Part shown: one piece after another, positions 20,846-30,378 of the stretch
Position numbering within the stretch: the stretch's first letter is position 1
How the letters are laid out: each line of letters starts with the position of its first letter
NCBI GenBank assembly: GCA_963675755.2
Contig: CAXXMD010000003.1
Span: 672,001 to 736,000, forward strand
Direction of reading: 5' to 3'
Origin: a bacterium
GTDB lineage: Bacteria > Zhuqueibacterota > Zhuqueibacteria > Residuimicrobiales > Krinioviventaceae
Length of the DNA stretch: 64,000 nucleotides
Notes under the pieces: model-generated
Told to the model about the DNA's origin: nothing
Database searches by the model: none
The model's input: the letters and a program-made list of their open reading frames with translations, nothing else
Made by a program: the position numbers and the translations under genes

Positions 20846-22225
20846 CTACATTACCAGTTCAATGTCAACTTCGGTAGCGTCACGGTCCTGACGGTCCATC
20901 AGCATACCCAGCATTTTGATTAAAAACTGGGTAGCACCGGCATAACCAACATTCGGCAAATAACTGTGCCCTACTCGATCCAAAATGGGGAACCCATACC
21001 GCATAAAAGGTATATCTTCATCGTGTGCGATGTACTTGCCATAGGTATTTCCAATCAACAGGTCTACCGGTTCGTTCTTGATCCACTGGTGCAATAAAAA
21101 CATATCTGCACCTTTACCATTCATGAGATTATAATGATCTACCCGGTCTTCCAGCAACTCGTTCATACGATTGGCGAAATACTTGCCGGGAGTACCACTT
21201 ACAATGTGTACCGGCTGCATGTCCAGATCGAGCAAAAACTCGGTCAAGGGTATCAGGTGATCAGGATCTCCAAACAGCGCCACTTTTTTTCCATACAGGT
21301 ATTGATGCATATCCGAGATGATATCTACCAGCCGACCGCGTTCGTCAGCCATTTCTTCCGGAACGTCAACTTCGGCAGTCAGGCTCATGGCTTCAACAAA
21401 ACGGTCTGTTGCGGAAATACCAATTGGCAGATCAAGCACATCAAACGGTACCGAGCATTTGTTACGTAATGATCTAGCTGCAGACTCGGATGAAAAATAA
21501 CCCAGAGCCAGGGTATGCTTGCTGCAGCCCGTGCTTTTCAGTTCAGGGATAGTTACCCCGCCACGCGGATAAAACTCGTGCTTACCGGTCATGGGGGCGT
21601 CCATCACATTCGATGTATCCGGAAACATGACAATTTTCACTCCCATGTCTTTGGCAATCTTTTTGATCTCGCGCATATCACTGGGCTCCATCCAACCGGC
21701 AACAATATTGATCTGGTCAAAATGCTGGCCGTTTTCAGAAAAATAATCTACCATGCTTTTGGTCATGTTGGCATAGCCGGTTACATGCGAGCCCACATAA
21801 CTCGGTGTACTGGCATGGATTACAAATTTTCCTTCCGGTACTTTGCCATCATCCATTGCTTTTTTCGATATCTGCTGTACATCATCACCAATGGTTTCTG
21901 ACAAACAGGTGGTATGAACAGCGATAATGTCAGGTTCATAAATTGTAAATATATTATCAATGGCTTGTACCAGGTTCGCTTGTCCGCCAAAAACGGAAGA
22001 GCCTTCCGTAAAAGAGCTGGTAGCGGCCATAACCGGTTCCTTGTAATGCCGGGTCAACGCACTGCGATGATACGCGCAGCATCCCTGAGATCCATGACTA
22101 TGGGGCATACACTTGTGAATGCCCAGCGCAGCATACATGGCGCCGACCGGCTGACAGGTTTTTGCCGGATTTATTGTCAAAGCTTTACGCTCTGTAATTT
22201 CCTTTGGTGTATGTCGTAACAACAT
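20846..22225 (-). CDS. nifK: Nitrogenase MoFe protein beta chain
   Basis: NPAKTCQP, HGSQGCCAY and HTTCLSETIGDD P-cluster ligands; TPSYVGSH; GFPILDRVG. Confidence 0.97.
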   Translation of the reverse strand: MLLRHTPKEITERKALTINPAKTCQPVGAMYAALGIHKCMPHSHGSQGCCAYHRSALTRHYKEPVMAATSSFTEGSSVFGGQANLVQAIDNIFTIYEPDIIAVHTTCLSETIGDDVQQISKKAMDDGKVPEGKFVIHASTPSYVGSHVTGYANMTKSMVDYFSENGQHFDQINIVAGWMEPSDMREIKKIAKDMGVKIVMFPDTSNVMDAPMTGKHEFYPRGGVTIPELKSTGCSKHTLALGYFSSESAARSLRNKCSVPFDVLDLPIGISATDRFVEAMSLTAEVDVPEEMADERGRLVDIISDMHQYLYGKKVALFGDPDHLIPLTEFLLDLDMQPVHIVSGTPGKYFANRMNELLEDRVDHYNLMNGKGADMFLLHQWIKNEPVDLLIGNTYGKYIAHDEDIPFMRYGFPILDRVGHSYLPNVGYAGATQFLIKMLGMLMDRQDRDATEVDIELVM

Positions 22226-22267
22226 GGTTATCCTCGTCAATCTATATTTATCACTCTATATTCTCTA

Positions 22268-23899
22268 TCAGCTTGCGGTTCTGGCAAATTGCGCATTTAA
22301 TTTGGGGCCTTTTTGCCAGGGGGGTGTAATCAAACTCCAGATACGTGAATTTACCATACGGTCAATTTCATGATAAAAGTTGATAGCACCGCCAAATGCA
22401 GCATAAGGACCGCCGTAATCATAACTGTGCAGCTGTTTCAAAGGCACGCCCATCTTTTGTACAGCGTATTTTTCCTTGATTCCCGCACAAAATACCGCAG
22501 GATTATAATAATCAATGAGTTTTTCCATCTCATAGTGGCTAATATCGTCAATAACCAAAGATTGCTTGTCCATTTCGAACATCATGCCTTCATAATCCGC
22601 AAAGACGAGTCCCTGTTTTTCAAGACGTCCTTTTTTGGTTTCACTGACACGCGGATTAAATTTTTCAGGGTCCGCGGAAACTGTTAGTTCTTCAATATTA
22701 CGGCTATCGGCGTCTACCTTGATATTTGGCAAAACCCGGCGGCCTTCATAATCATCTCGGTGCGCAAATTCGTATCCCGCAGCTATGGTTCTCATACCAA
22801 TTTCACTGAACAGATGCTGGTAATGATGCGCGCGTGAACCACCTACAAACAACATGGCCAGCTTGCCTTCTGTTTTCGGTAAAATCTCTTCCTGGGCTTT
22901 CTTGACTGCTGCCATCTCTCGCTCTATGACAGTTTCAACACGTGCTTTTAATTCTTCATCTTCAAAGAAATCTGCTATTTTTCTGAGCGATTTTGCCGTT
23001 TCCTCGGCACCAATGAAATTGATTTTGATCCAGGGAATTCCATATTTTTTCTCCATCATTTCTGCCACATAGTTGATAGAACGGTGACACATGATCATGT
23101 TCAAATCTACTGTATGCGCGTTCTCAAACTGGTTAACCGTAGAGTTTCCACTCAGGGTTGCAACCAGCTCTATACCGCATTCATCAAATAAACGTTCAAT
23201 TTCAAAAGCATCGCCACCAATATTGTATTCACCCAGCAGATTGACTCTGAACTTTTTTTCACCTTTAATCTCATCATCCAGACCAACAAGATGCTTGAAT
23301 AATTGGTTATTGGCAATATGGTGACCCGCACTTTGCGAAACACCCTTGTATCCTTCACAGCTAAATCCAAAAATATTACAATCGCCCAGTTTTTCTCTCA
23401 TCTCTTTGGCAACTGCATGTATATCATCACCTATCAAACCTACAGGACAAGTTGCAAAAATACCAATGGCTTTGGGATGAAACAGGTCATAAGCTTCCTG
23501 AATTGCTTGCTTTAATTTGTTCTCACCACCAAATACAATATTCTCATCCTGCATATCTGTAGAAAAACAATAGGTCATATAATTTTCATCTTCCGGGCCA
23601 TCTGGCTTGGTCTGGTTACGTCGGGTCAGCCAACTGTAAAATCCACAACCAATGGGACCATGGGTTATGTTGACAATATCTCGTGTGGGACCCAGTACCA
23701 CACCTTTACAACCCGCATAAGTACATCCTCGCTGGGTAATAATTCCAGGAATGGTCCGCACATTGGCCTGTATTTCCTGACCGGGCTCCTGCTCGTTGAC
23801 CACCATGGCCTTGCTTCGTTTTTTTGCAACTTTGGTTGGATATTTTTTAAGGACTTGTTCCTTAAACGCTTCCGGCGCAGGTAATGTCTTTTTCATCAT
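22268..23899 (-). CDS. nifD: Nitrogenase MoFe protein alpha chain (group II, with C-terminal-half insertion)
   Basis: RGCTYAGCKGVV, HGPIGC, TCPVGLIGDD, GVSQSAGHHIAN, MCHRS (FeMo-co Cys), GGSRAHH, YEFAH, QLHSYDY (FeMo-co His). Confidence 0.97.
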   Translation of the reverse strand: MMKKTLPAPEAFKEQVLKKYPTKVAKKRSKAMVVNEQEPGQEIQANVRTIPGIITQRGCTYAGCKGVVLGPTRDIVNITHGPIGCGFYSWLTRRNQTKPDGPEDENYMTYCFSTDMQDENIVFGGENKLKQAIQEAYDLFHPKAIGIFATCPVGLIGDDIHAVAKEMREKLGDCNIFGFSCEGYKGVSQSAGHHIANNQLFKHLVGLDDEIKGEKKFRVNLLGEYNIGGDAFEIERLFDECGIELVATLSGNSTVNQFENAHTVDLNMIMCHRSINYVAEMMEKKYGIPWIKINFIGAEETAKSLRKIADFFEDEELKARVETVIEREMAAVKKAQEEILPKTEGKLAMLFVGGSRAHHYQHLFSEIGMRTIAAGYEFAHRDDYEGRRVLPNIKVDADSRNIEELTVSADPEKFNPRVSETKKGRLEKQGLVFADYEGMMFEMDKQSLVIDDISHYEMEKLIDYYNPAVFCAGIKEKYAVQKMGVPLKQLHSYDYGGPYAAFGGAINFYHEIDRMVNSRIWSLITPPWQKGPKLNAQFARTAS

Positions 23900-23912
23900 G
23901 AACTCCTTTATA

Positions 23913-24290
23913 TTAATCCAACACTACATCACCGGACTGACCGGTACGGACCCGAATGGAATCCATCACCGGCAGCACAAATATTTTTCCATCACCGGCA
24001 TTACCTGTCTGGTTGGCTTTAATAATCGTATCCACTGTCACTTTAACTTTATCATCGGGTACCACAATCGACAACAACCGCTTGGAGACCAAAAGGGGTC
24101 CCTGTCCTAATAACGAAATTGCTTCATCTCGGCCTTCTTCAACTGCATGAAGAATGCGGTAATCCACCAAACCTTTACCACGCCCCAATACTTTACCTGT
24201 TGCCGTAAAGGAAGGCACTCCGGCGTCAGCCAGCGCGCGTTTGGTCTGGTTGATTTTATTAATTCGTATAATTGCCATCACTTCTTTCAT
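23913..24290 (-). CDS. nifI2: P-II family nitrogenase regulator NifI2
   Basis: MKEVMAIIR...GRGKG...NQTGNAGDGKIFVLPV; located between nifH and nifD. Confidence 0.9.
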   Translation of the reverse strand: MKEVMAIIRINKINQTKRALADAGVPSFTATGKVLGRGKGLVDYRILHAVEEGRDEAISLLGQGPLLVSKRLLSIVVPDDKVKVTVDTIIKANQTGNAGDGKIFVLPVMDSIRVRTGQSGDVVLD

Positions 24291-24300
24291 TTGTTATCCC

Positions 24301-24627
24301 TCACGCTTCTTTAAATCCTGAACTGATCGTGTACACTTCATCAACCGGTGAAATAAAGATTTTACCGTCTCCATAAGCACCCGATTTTCCGGTTTTTGCA
24401 TGGTCCATGATGGTCTTTATTAAAAAGTCTTTTTCTGTCTCGGGTATTACCATTATCAACATTTCTTTGGGCAGTTCATCATAAATCACTTCGCCCACCT
24501 TCAAGCCTTTTTGTTTACCACGTCCGGCAACCGGCAGCTTGGTAACCGCAGGATACCCCGCGTCTGTCAAACCCTGTAAAACGGCATCAACTTTATCAGG
24601 CCTTACAATCGCCCTTATCATTATCAT
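24301..24627 (-). CDS. nifI1: P-II family nitrogenase regulator NifI1
   Basis: MIMIRAIVRP...GRGKQKG...YDELPKE...GAYGDGKIFISPV. Confidence 0.9.
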   Translation of the reverse strand: MIMIRAIVRPDKVDAVLQGLTDAGYPAVTKLPVAGRGKQKGLKVGEVIYDELPKEMLIMVIPETEKDFLIKTIMDHAKTGKSGAYGDGKIFISPVDEVYTISSGFKEA

Positions 24628-24651
24628 AGTATCACTCCTTGTCAAAAACTC

Positions 24652-25518
<867 letters not shown>

Positions 25519-25540
25519 TTAATTGCTTACCCGGTTACAG

Positions 25541-25555
25541 GCAACGGTTGTGCCA
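25541..25555 (-). promoter_or_regulatory. Sigma54 promoter of the nifH operon
   Basis: Minus strand TGGCACAACCGTTGC, a consensus -24/-12 match. Confidence 0.9.
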
Positions 25556-25652
25556 CAGATAAACACTTGAAAGTCAACTCAGGTAACCATATGTTTTTAA
25601 GATACTTACACAGACAAAGTCAGCCATTAATAAAACAGCTCAAAATGAAAAG

Positions 25653-25787
25653 GGAAATAATTGTAACTTTTGAGGAGGGTGTTTATTGTGAGAAATCTAT
25701 AATTCTTGATCAAGCTAATGAAAAAACAGAGGGTTAGACCGTGTGACAATTATTTCCACCTTTTTTTGAAAACGGAAATAATTGTCA
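25653..25787. promoter_or_regulatory. Putative NifA upstream activator sites (three copies)
   Basis: GGAAATAATTGTAA 25653-25666, TGACAATTATTTCC 25744-25757, GGAAATAATTGTCA 25774-25787. Confidence 0.65.
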
Positions 25788-25809
25788 GATTTGAGAAAAT
25801 CACGGAATA

Positions 25810-27369
25810 TTAATCTATTAAAATTCCTAAATTTTTTATTTTATATCTTACCATTCTGGGAGTATAGCCCAATTCGCGTGCCGCAGAAGCTACATTTCCG
25901 TTGGATCGCTTTAAAGCATCTACAATAATGTCTTTTTCAATCAACTGGATACGTGCCTTCAAAGTCCCATTATCTTTGCTACCTTTTACAACATCCAGTT
26001 CTTCCGGCACCTGTAATGTAGGCGGTAAATTATATCCATGTATTGCACTGTCACTACTCAACAGAACCGCATGCTCTATACAGTTCTCAAGCTCGCGCAC
26101 ATTCCCCGGCCAGTGATAAGCCAGCAACATATTTATTGCAGGCGTGCTGATACGATGCACTTTTTTGCCCAACTTTTTCGCGTATTTCTCCACAAAAAAA
26201 TCCGCAAGAAGCAGAATATCGGACCGTCTCTCCCGCAACGGCGGCAGGAAAATGGGAAACACATTAATACGATAATAGAGATCTTCCCGAAAGGTACCTT
26301 CTGTTAGTGCTTTTTCAAGATCCCGGTTGGTTGCGGCAATTATTCTCACATTGGCTTTAATGGTTTTATTACTGCCCACACGCTCAAATTCTCGCTCTTG
26401 CAAAACCCGCAGCAACTTTGTTTGAATAGAAGGAGGAAAATCGCCTATCTCATCTAAAAACAGGGATCCACCCTCGGCCTCTTCAATTCGCCCCTTTCTT
26501 GAATACAAGGCCCCGGTAAACGCACCTTTTTCGTGCCCAAACAATTCACTTTCCAGAATATTTTCATTCAAAGCGGCACAATTCACCTTAACAAATGGCC
26601 GATTAAACCGCGGTCCTGCATAGTGAATAGCAGAAGCAACCAGCTCTTTACCCGTACCCGACTCGCCACGAATCAATACCGTCGTGGTTTCACTGCCCGA
26701 TACCTGGTAAATGCGGGTATACACACCTTTCATAGCGTGTGAATTGCCTATTATGTTTTCGGGACGGTAGCGCTGTTCCAACTCGTACCGCAATCGAATA
26801 TTTTCAGCCTCCAGGGCTTCCTTTTCCTGTCGCGTAATACGCCGCGATTTCACATCGTTTGCAATCATACCCGCAACAATTCGTAATACCCGCTCACCGT
26901 CACGTAGTATTTCTTCATCCGTACTTTCAAGGTCAACAGAAAGGGTTCCCACAACTTCATTCACTAGCATAATAGGTACACAAACAAAGCTCACATTTCT
27001 AACCTGTCCGTCAAACCGCCTGTGAATACGGTCTTTAAAATCCGGTTCATCAGCAATGTTGGGCACAATTGCAGACTTGCCGGCTTCTACAACCTTGCCG
27101 GTAACACCTTCCCCTTTTTTATAGATAATTCTGGGCCGTTCAACATCCAGATCCCCACCTGTAGCTTCAACAATCAACTCTTTTCCATCAATAGTCAAGA
27201 GCATAATTGTTCCGCGAATCATATACAAGTCTGCTTCAAGCGTTTGTAATATATTTCGAAAAATTTTGCGCTGCGATGTTTCGGTTGCAAGGATATTGGC
27301 AACCGCATACAGTGCATCGAGTTCTTTTTCATGCCTGATCAGATGCGCATTCAAGATTTCCACTAGCAT
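25810..27369 (-). CDS. nifA: Nif-specific sigma54 activator (GAF-AAA+-HTH)
   Basis: GAF with GEGVTGKV; GESGTGKE, ESELFGHEKGAFTGA, WPGNVRELEN; adjacent to nifH. Confidence 0.9.
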   Translation of the reverse strand: MLVEILNAHLIRHEKELDALYAVANILATETSQRKIFRNILQTLEADLYMIRGTIMLLTIDGKELIVEATGGDLDVERPRIIYKKGEGVTGKVVEAGKSAIVPNIADEPDFKDRIHRRFDGQVRNVSFVCVPIMLVNEVVGTLSVDLESTDEEILRDGERVLRIVAGMIANDVKSRRITRQEKEALEAENIRLRYELEQRYRPENIIGNSHAMKGVYTRIYQVSGSETTTVLIRGESGTGKELVASAIHYAGPRFNRPFVKVNCAALNENILESELFGHEKGAFTGALYSRKGRIEEAEGGSLFLDEIGDFPPSIQTKLLRVLQEREFERVGSNKTIKANVRIIAATNRDLEKALTEGTFREDLYYRINVFPIFLPPLRERRSDILLLADFFVEKYAKKLGKKVHRISTPAINMLLAYHWPGNVRELENCIEHAVLLSSDSAIHGYNLPPTLQVPEELDVVKGSKDNGTLKARIQLIEKDIIVDALKRSNGNVASAARELGYTPRMVRYKIKNLGILID

Positions 27370-27408
27370 ACCACATATTTATATTCAGACTACACTAGAT
27401 GTCAGAAT

Positions 27409-27423
27409 GCAGAATCTATGCCA
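27409..27423 (-). promoter_or_regulatory. Sigma54 promoter upstream of nifA
   Basis: Minus strand TGGCATAGATTCTGC (GG-N10-GC), about 40 nt before the ATG. Confidence 0.7.
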
Positions 27424-27640
27424 CTACCCGTCGGTCATCACAAAACATAAGCCCTTAAAAAACAACACCCTCAAACTTGCCCCAAAACATTCAACTGCAA
27501 CATATCCCACAATTTTGCATGCCAATTTTGAAAAAATACAAATTTGTATGAAACTGTTTTTGCGTTTTCTTCTTTTGAAACCCCAGGCAAAAAAACCAAT
27601 TTGTATTTAATATAACATGAATTCAGATAAATTTTCAAGC

Positions 27641-28465
27641 TTACGCATTTCCTGCGTCCAAACCCACAAATTTTGAATAGACTTCCGGACCCAGTTTACG
27701 TCTCAATACTATCTTAATCATCCTGACCGGCAGCTTGCCAATCATCTTGTAAAGCAAATTTATTTTAGATGGTACAAAATAATCTGCTCCAAACCAGTTT
27801 TTATCTTGCCAGTATTGATAATCTGCGGGAAACCTGTCTTTGTGCATTTGAATCTTTGTTCGGATCTTGTTAAAAAAGACGACATCTGCCATAGAAGGCT
27901 TGGCCGTTTCGTCAACAGACATTTGTCCATACAGCTTTTCAGCAGCATGGCGAATATTAACCAACATCTTTTCCCGATAAGGCCCGGGCTCATTAAATGC
28001 CGGAGCTATCACCCCTATTTCATCAACCAGATTAAATCCCATAGCTTTTACTGGAAACTTGAGATGGTGTAAAGCCTCTTTTAGTCCGCTCAACTCGGTA
28101 GTACTGATCAACATGGCTTGCTTGTCGTGAAAACATGGACGATGAAGATAGTATGCCATGCGGTCAAACAAATTTTTTATTGGCGCTGTAATAGAATGCA
28201 CATACACCGGCGAAACAAACAAAACCGCATCTGCATTACACATCTTTTCACGGATCATGGGCACATCATCTTTTAAGGGACAATGATCTTCTCCTTTGCG
28301 CATGCATGCCAGACATCCCCTGCAATATTCTATTTTAAATTTCCGAATTGTAACAAATTCTAATTCAACATCACCATATTCCTGCATGTGCTCAATCAAC
28401 AATTTTACGACTTTATAACTATCTCCTTTTCTTGGGCTTCCTGACAGTGCAAGTACTTTTTTCAT
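27641..28465 (-). CDS. Flavodoxin-fold iron-sulfur flavoprotein (Isf/WrbA-like)
   Basis: LSGSPRKGDS, CRGCLAC-x7-C, SPVY, KNLFDR. Confidence 0.85.
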   Translation of the reverse strand: MKKVLALSGSPRKGDSYKVVKLLIEHMQEYGDVELEFVTIRKFKIEYCRGCLACMRKGEDHCPLKDDVPMIREKMCNADAVLFVSPVYVHSITAPIKNLFDRMAYYLHRPCFHDKQAMLISTTELSGLKEALHHLKFPVKAMGFNLVDEIGVIAPAFNEPGPYREKMLVNIRHAAEKLYGQMSVDETAKPSMADVVFFNKIRTKIQMHKDRFPADYQYWQDKNWFGADYFVPSKINLLYKMIGKLPVRMIKIVLRRKLGPEVYSKFVGLDAGNA

Positions 28466-28845
28466 ATAAAACTCCTAACTACATTGATGATTTTAAAAAA
28501 AAGTGCCAATCCACAATCTTTTATAATATGCAGGAATCATTACAACTACAATATCCCCTGAAATGTATTATTTGGTATATATTAATTATAATATTTTAAT
28601 TTAAACAAACAACAATTAAAAAATTGTTAATAAATATAAATCAGGATATCTAAAATGCTGAGAAAGGAAATAAATCATATCAAATATTTTAGCTGGTCGT
28701 GAGGGGAACAAAAACATTTTCAAACGCAATGCATAAACTCGAAAAAGGATAATGACACCCTTGTGAAATAAAAATACAGATAAACTCGAGCACAAGCTAT
28801 TACAATACCCGGATAAAACAAATTTAAGATTTTACTTTTAAAAGA

Positions 28846-30279
28846 TTAGTATCGTGGTCCCACCCGAGTTTCATCAAGAGGTCCATCATTCTTGAGCCAT
28901 ACAGAGTACTCTATGGCACCTATACTGCGCAATTGCCCCCGCACATGTCCAAACACATCATTATTCACTCCAGGGAAACTGGCATCGGCACGGGAAACAA
29001 CAGGGCTATTCAGCGCCGGCAACGTCATACCATCACCAATAGCTTCCAATTGCGGGTCCTGACGGGTGATTCCACTGACGGGTTTCATCCCCAAAGTTCC
29101 CCAGGCAATATTGTTTTCCCACTTCCAGTCAAGGTCCTGTTCTTTAACAAATTTGAACAATTGAAACTGCTCAACAGGCTTTTGATATTTTTTGGGGCCC
29201 CGGTCCAGATAAAACACATTGTTAGCCACCGTACACTTGGAGGGTGGGGCCCCATTAAATCCATACAACACTGCATAACGACAATTATAAAATGTATTAA
29301 AAGCGATTACTGCCCGCTCAACCTTGACGTATGATTTATCATCCACTCCGTAATGAATAAACAAACCACTATTGCCAAGATTACTGAAATAATTATTAAC
29401 AACCAGATGGTCTGTACCCTGAATTCTTACACCTGCGGAATTGGGTTCACCATCTCCTAAAAATATATTTTGTGACGCTACATTTCCATCCCCATGCCTG
29501 AAAACCAGCGCTCCCGCACATGCCCTGAATGTATTTCCACTGACCTGATTGCCATTGGATTTTATTGAAATAATCTCCGGCTCACCGCTGCAACGTTCAA
29601 ACAGGTTTCTTTCAATCAAAGTACCACAGTCTCCAATTTCAGGATCACGCGGATTTCCTTTGGTAATTATTTGGATTGTTTCAAATCCATTTGTGCCCTT
29701 ACCCGGTAAAACATCTCTAAAATGATTATGATGAATATGATGACACTCGTTAGAATTGGTAACATTGATTTTGATCAACTGGCAATCCCGTTCATAAAGT
29801 CGGTTATTACTCTTGTTTTCAAATAAACAATGATCAATTTCCAACTGACGACATGAATAATCCGCCCAAATCCACTTTTTGGTCATAACATCAGACATAA
29901 TACAATTGGTAATTCGCAACCCCGTGCCCATTAATTGTATATTGCCCATTGATTTGAACAAAAATCCTTCGAGCGTAATAAAATCGCCTTCTATTGAAAC
30001 GCCGGAAAAGAGTTCTACAAGACCAATGCCTCTGGAACGAACAATAATAGGTAATTGCCTGCTACCCTTGCCTTTTAGTACGAAAGTGCTATCCTGATAT
30101 TTCCCATCTTTGAGAATAATTACATCTCCAGGATCTGCTTTTTGTACAGCCTTTTGCAGGTCCGTTAAGGATTCTACCATTATCTTACCAGCATTAGCTG
30201 TTTCAGATAACCCGCAAAAAATCAAAATCAGGGTACACATCCATAGCAGATGTTTAGTACAGGCATTTTTCAAGTACAT
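28846..30279 (-). CDS. Polysaccharide lyase family 6 (alginate lyase/chondroitinase B-like)
   Basis: PGDVIILKDGKY, IDHCLF, NGFETIQI, EPEIISIKS, LVFRHG; beta-helix pattern. Confidence 0.88.
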   Translation of the reverse strand: MYLKNACTKHLLWMCTLILIFCGLSETANAGKIMVESLTDLQKAVQKADPGDVIILKDGKYQDSTFVLKGKGSRQLPIIVRSRGIGLVELFSGVSIEGDFITLEGFLFKSMGNIQLMGTGLRITNCIMSDVMTKKWIWADYSCRQLEIDHCLFENKSNNRLYERDCQLIKINVTNSNECHHIHHNHFRDVLPGKGTNGFETIQIITKGNPRDPEIGDCGTLIERNLFERCSGEPEIISIKSNGNQVSGNTFRACAGALVFRHGDGNVASQNIFLGDGEPNSAGVRIQGTDHLVVNNYFSNLGNSGLFIHYGVDDKSYVKVERAVIAFNTFYNCRYAVLYGFNGAPPSKCTVANNVFYLDRGPKKYQKPVEQFQLFKFVKEQDLDWKWENNIAWGTLGMKPVSGITRQDPQLEAIGDGMTLPALNSPVVSRADASFPGVNNDVFGHVRGQLRSIGAIEYSVWLKNDGPLDETRVGPRY

Positions 30280-30316
30280 AATAAAAAGGCCTCATACAAA
30301 ATCATGTTAATAATTT

Positions 30317-30352
30317 TCCCCGGCACGGTAATAGCACTATCCGTACCGGGGA
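30317..30352 (-). terminator. Stem-loop after the CTD-protein gene (terminator or mRNA stabiliser)
   Basis: TCCCCGG-ACGG...CCGT-CCGGGGA inverted repeat. Confidence 0.5.
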
Positions 30353-30378
30353 CCTTGGTCAAAGGAACTATCTGTTAA

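Noticed and set aside
20846-23899. NifE/NifN, Vnf/Anf or Nif-like (group IV) proteins
   Set aside because: FeMo-co His (LHSYDY), QSAGHH and the full P-cluster ligand set indicate true NifDK; no vnfG/anfG between D and K.
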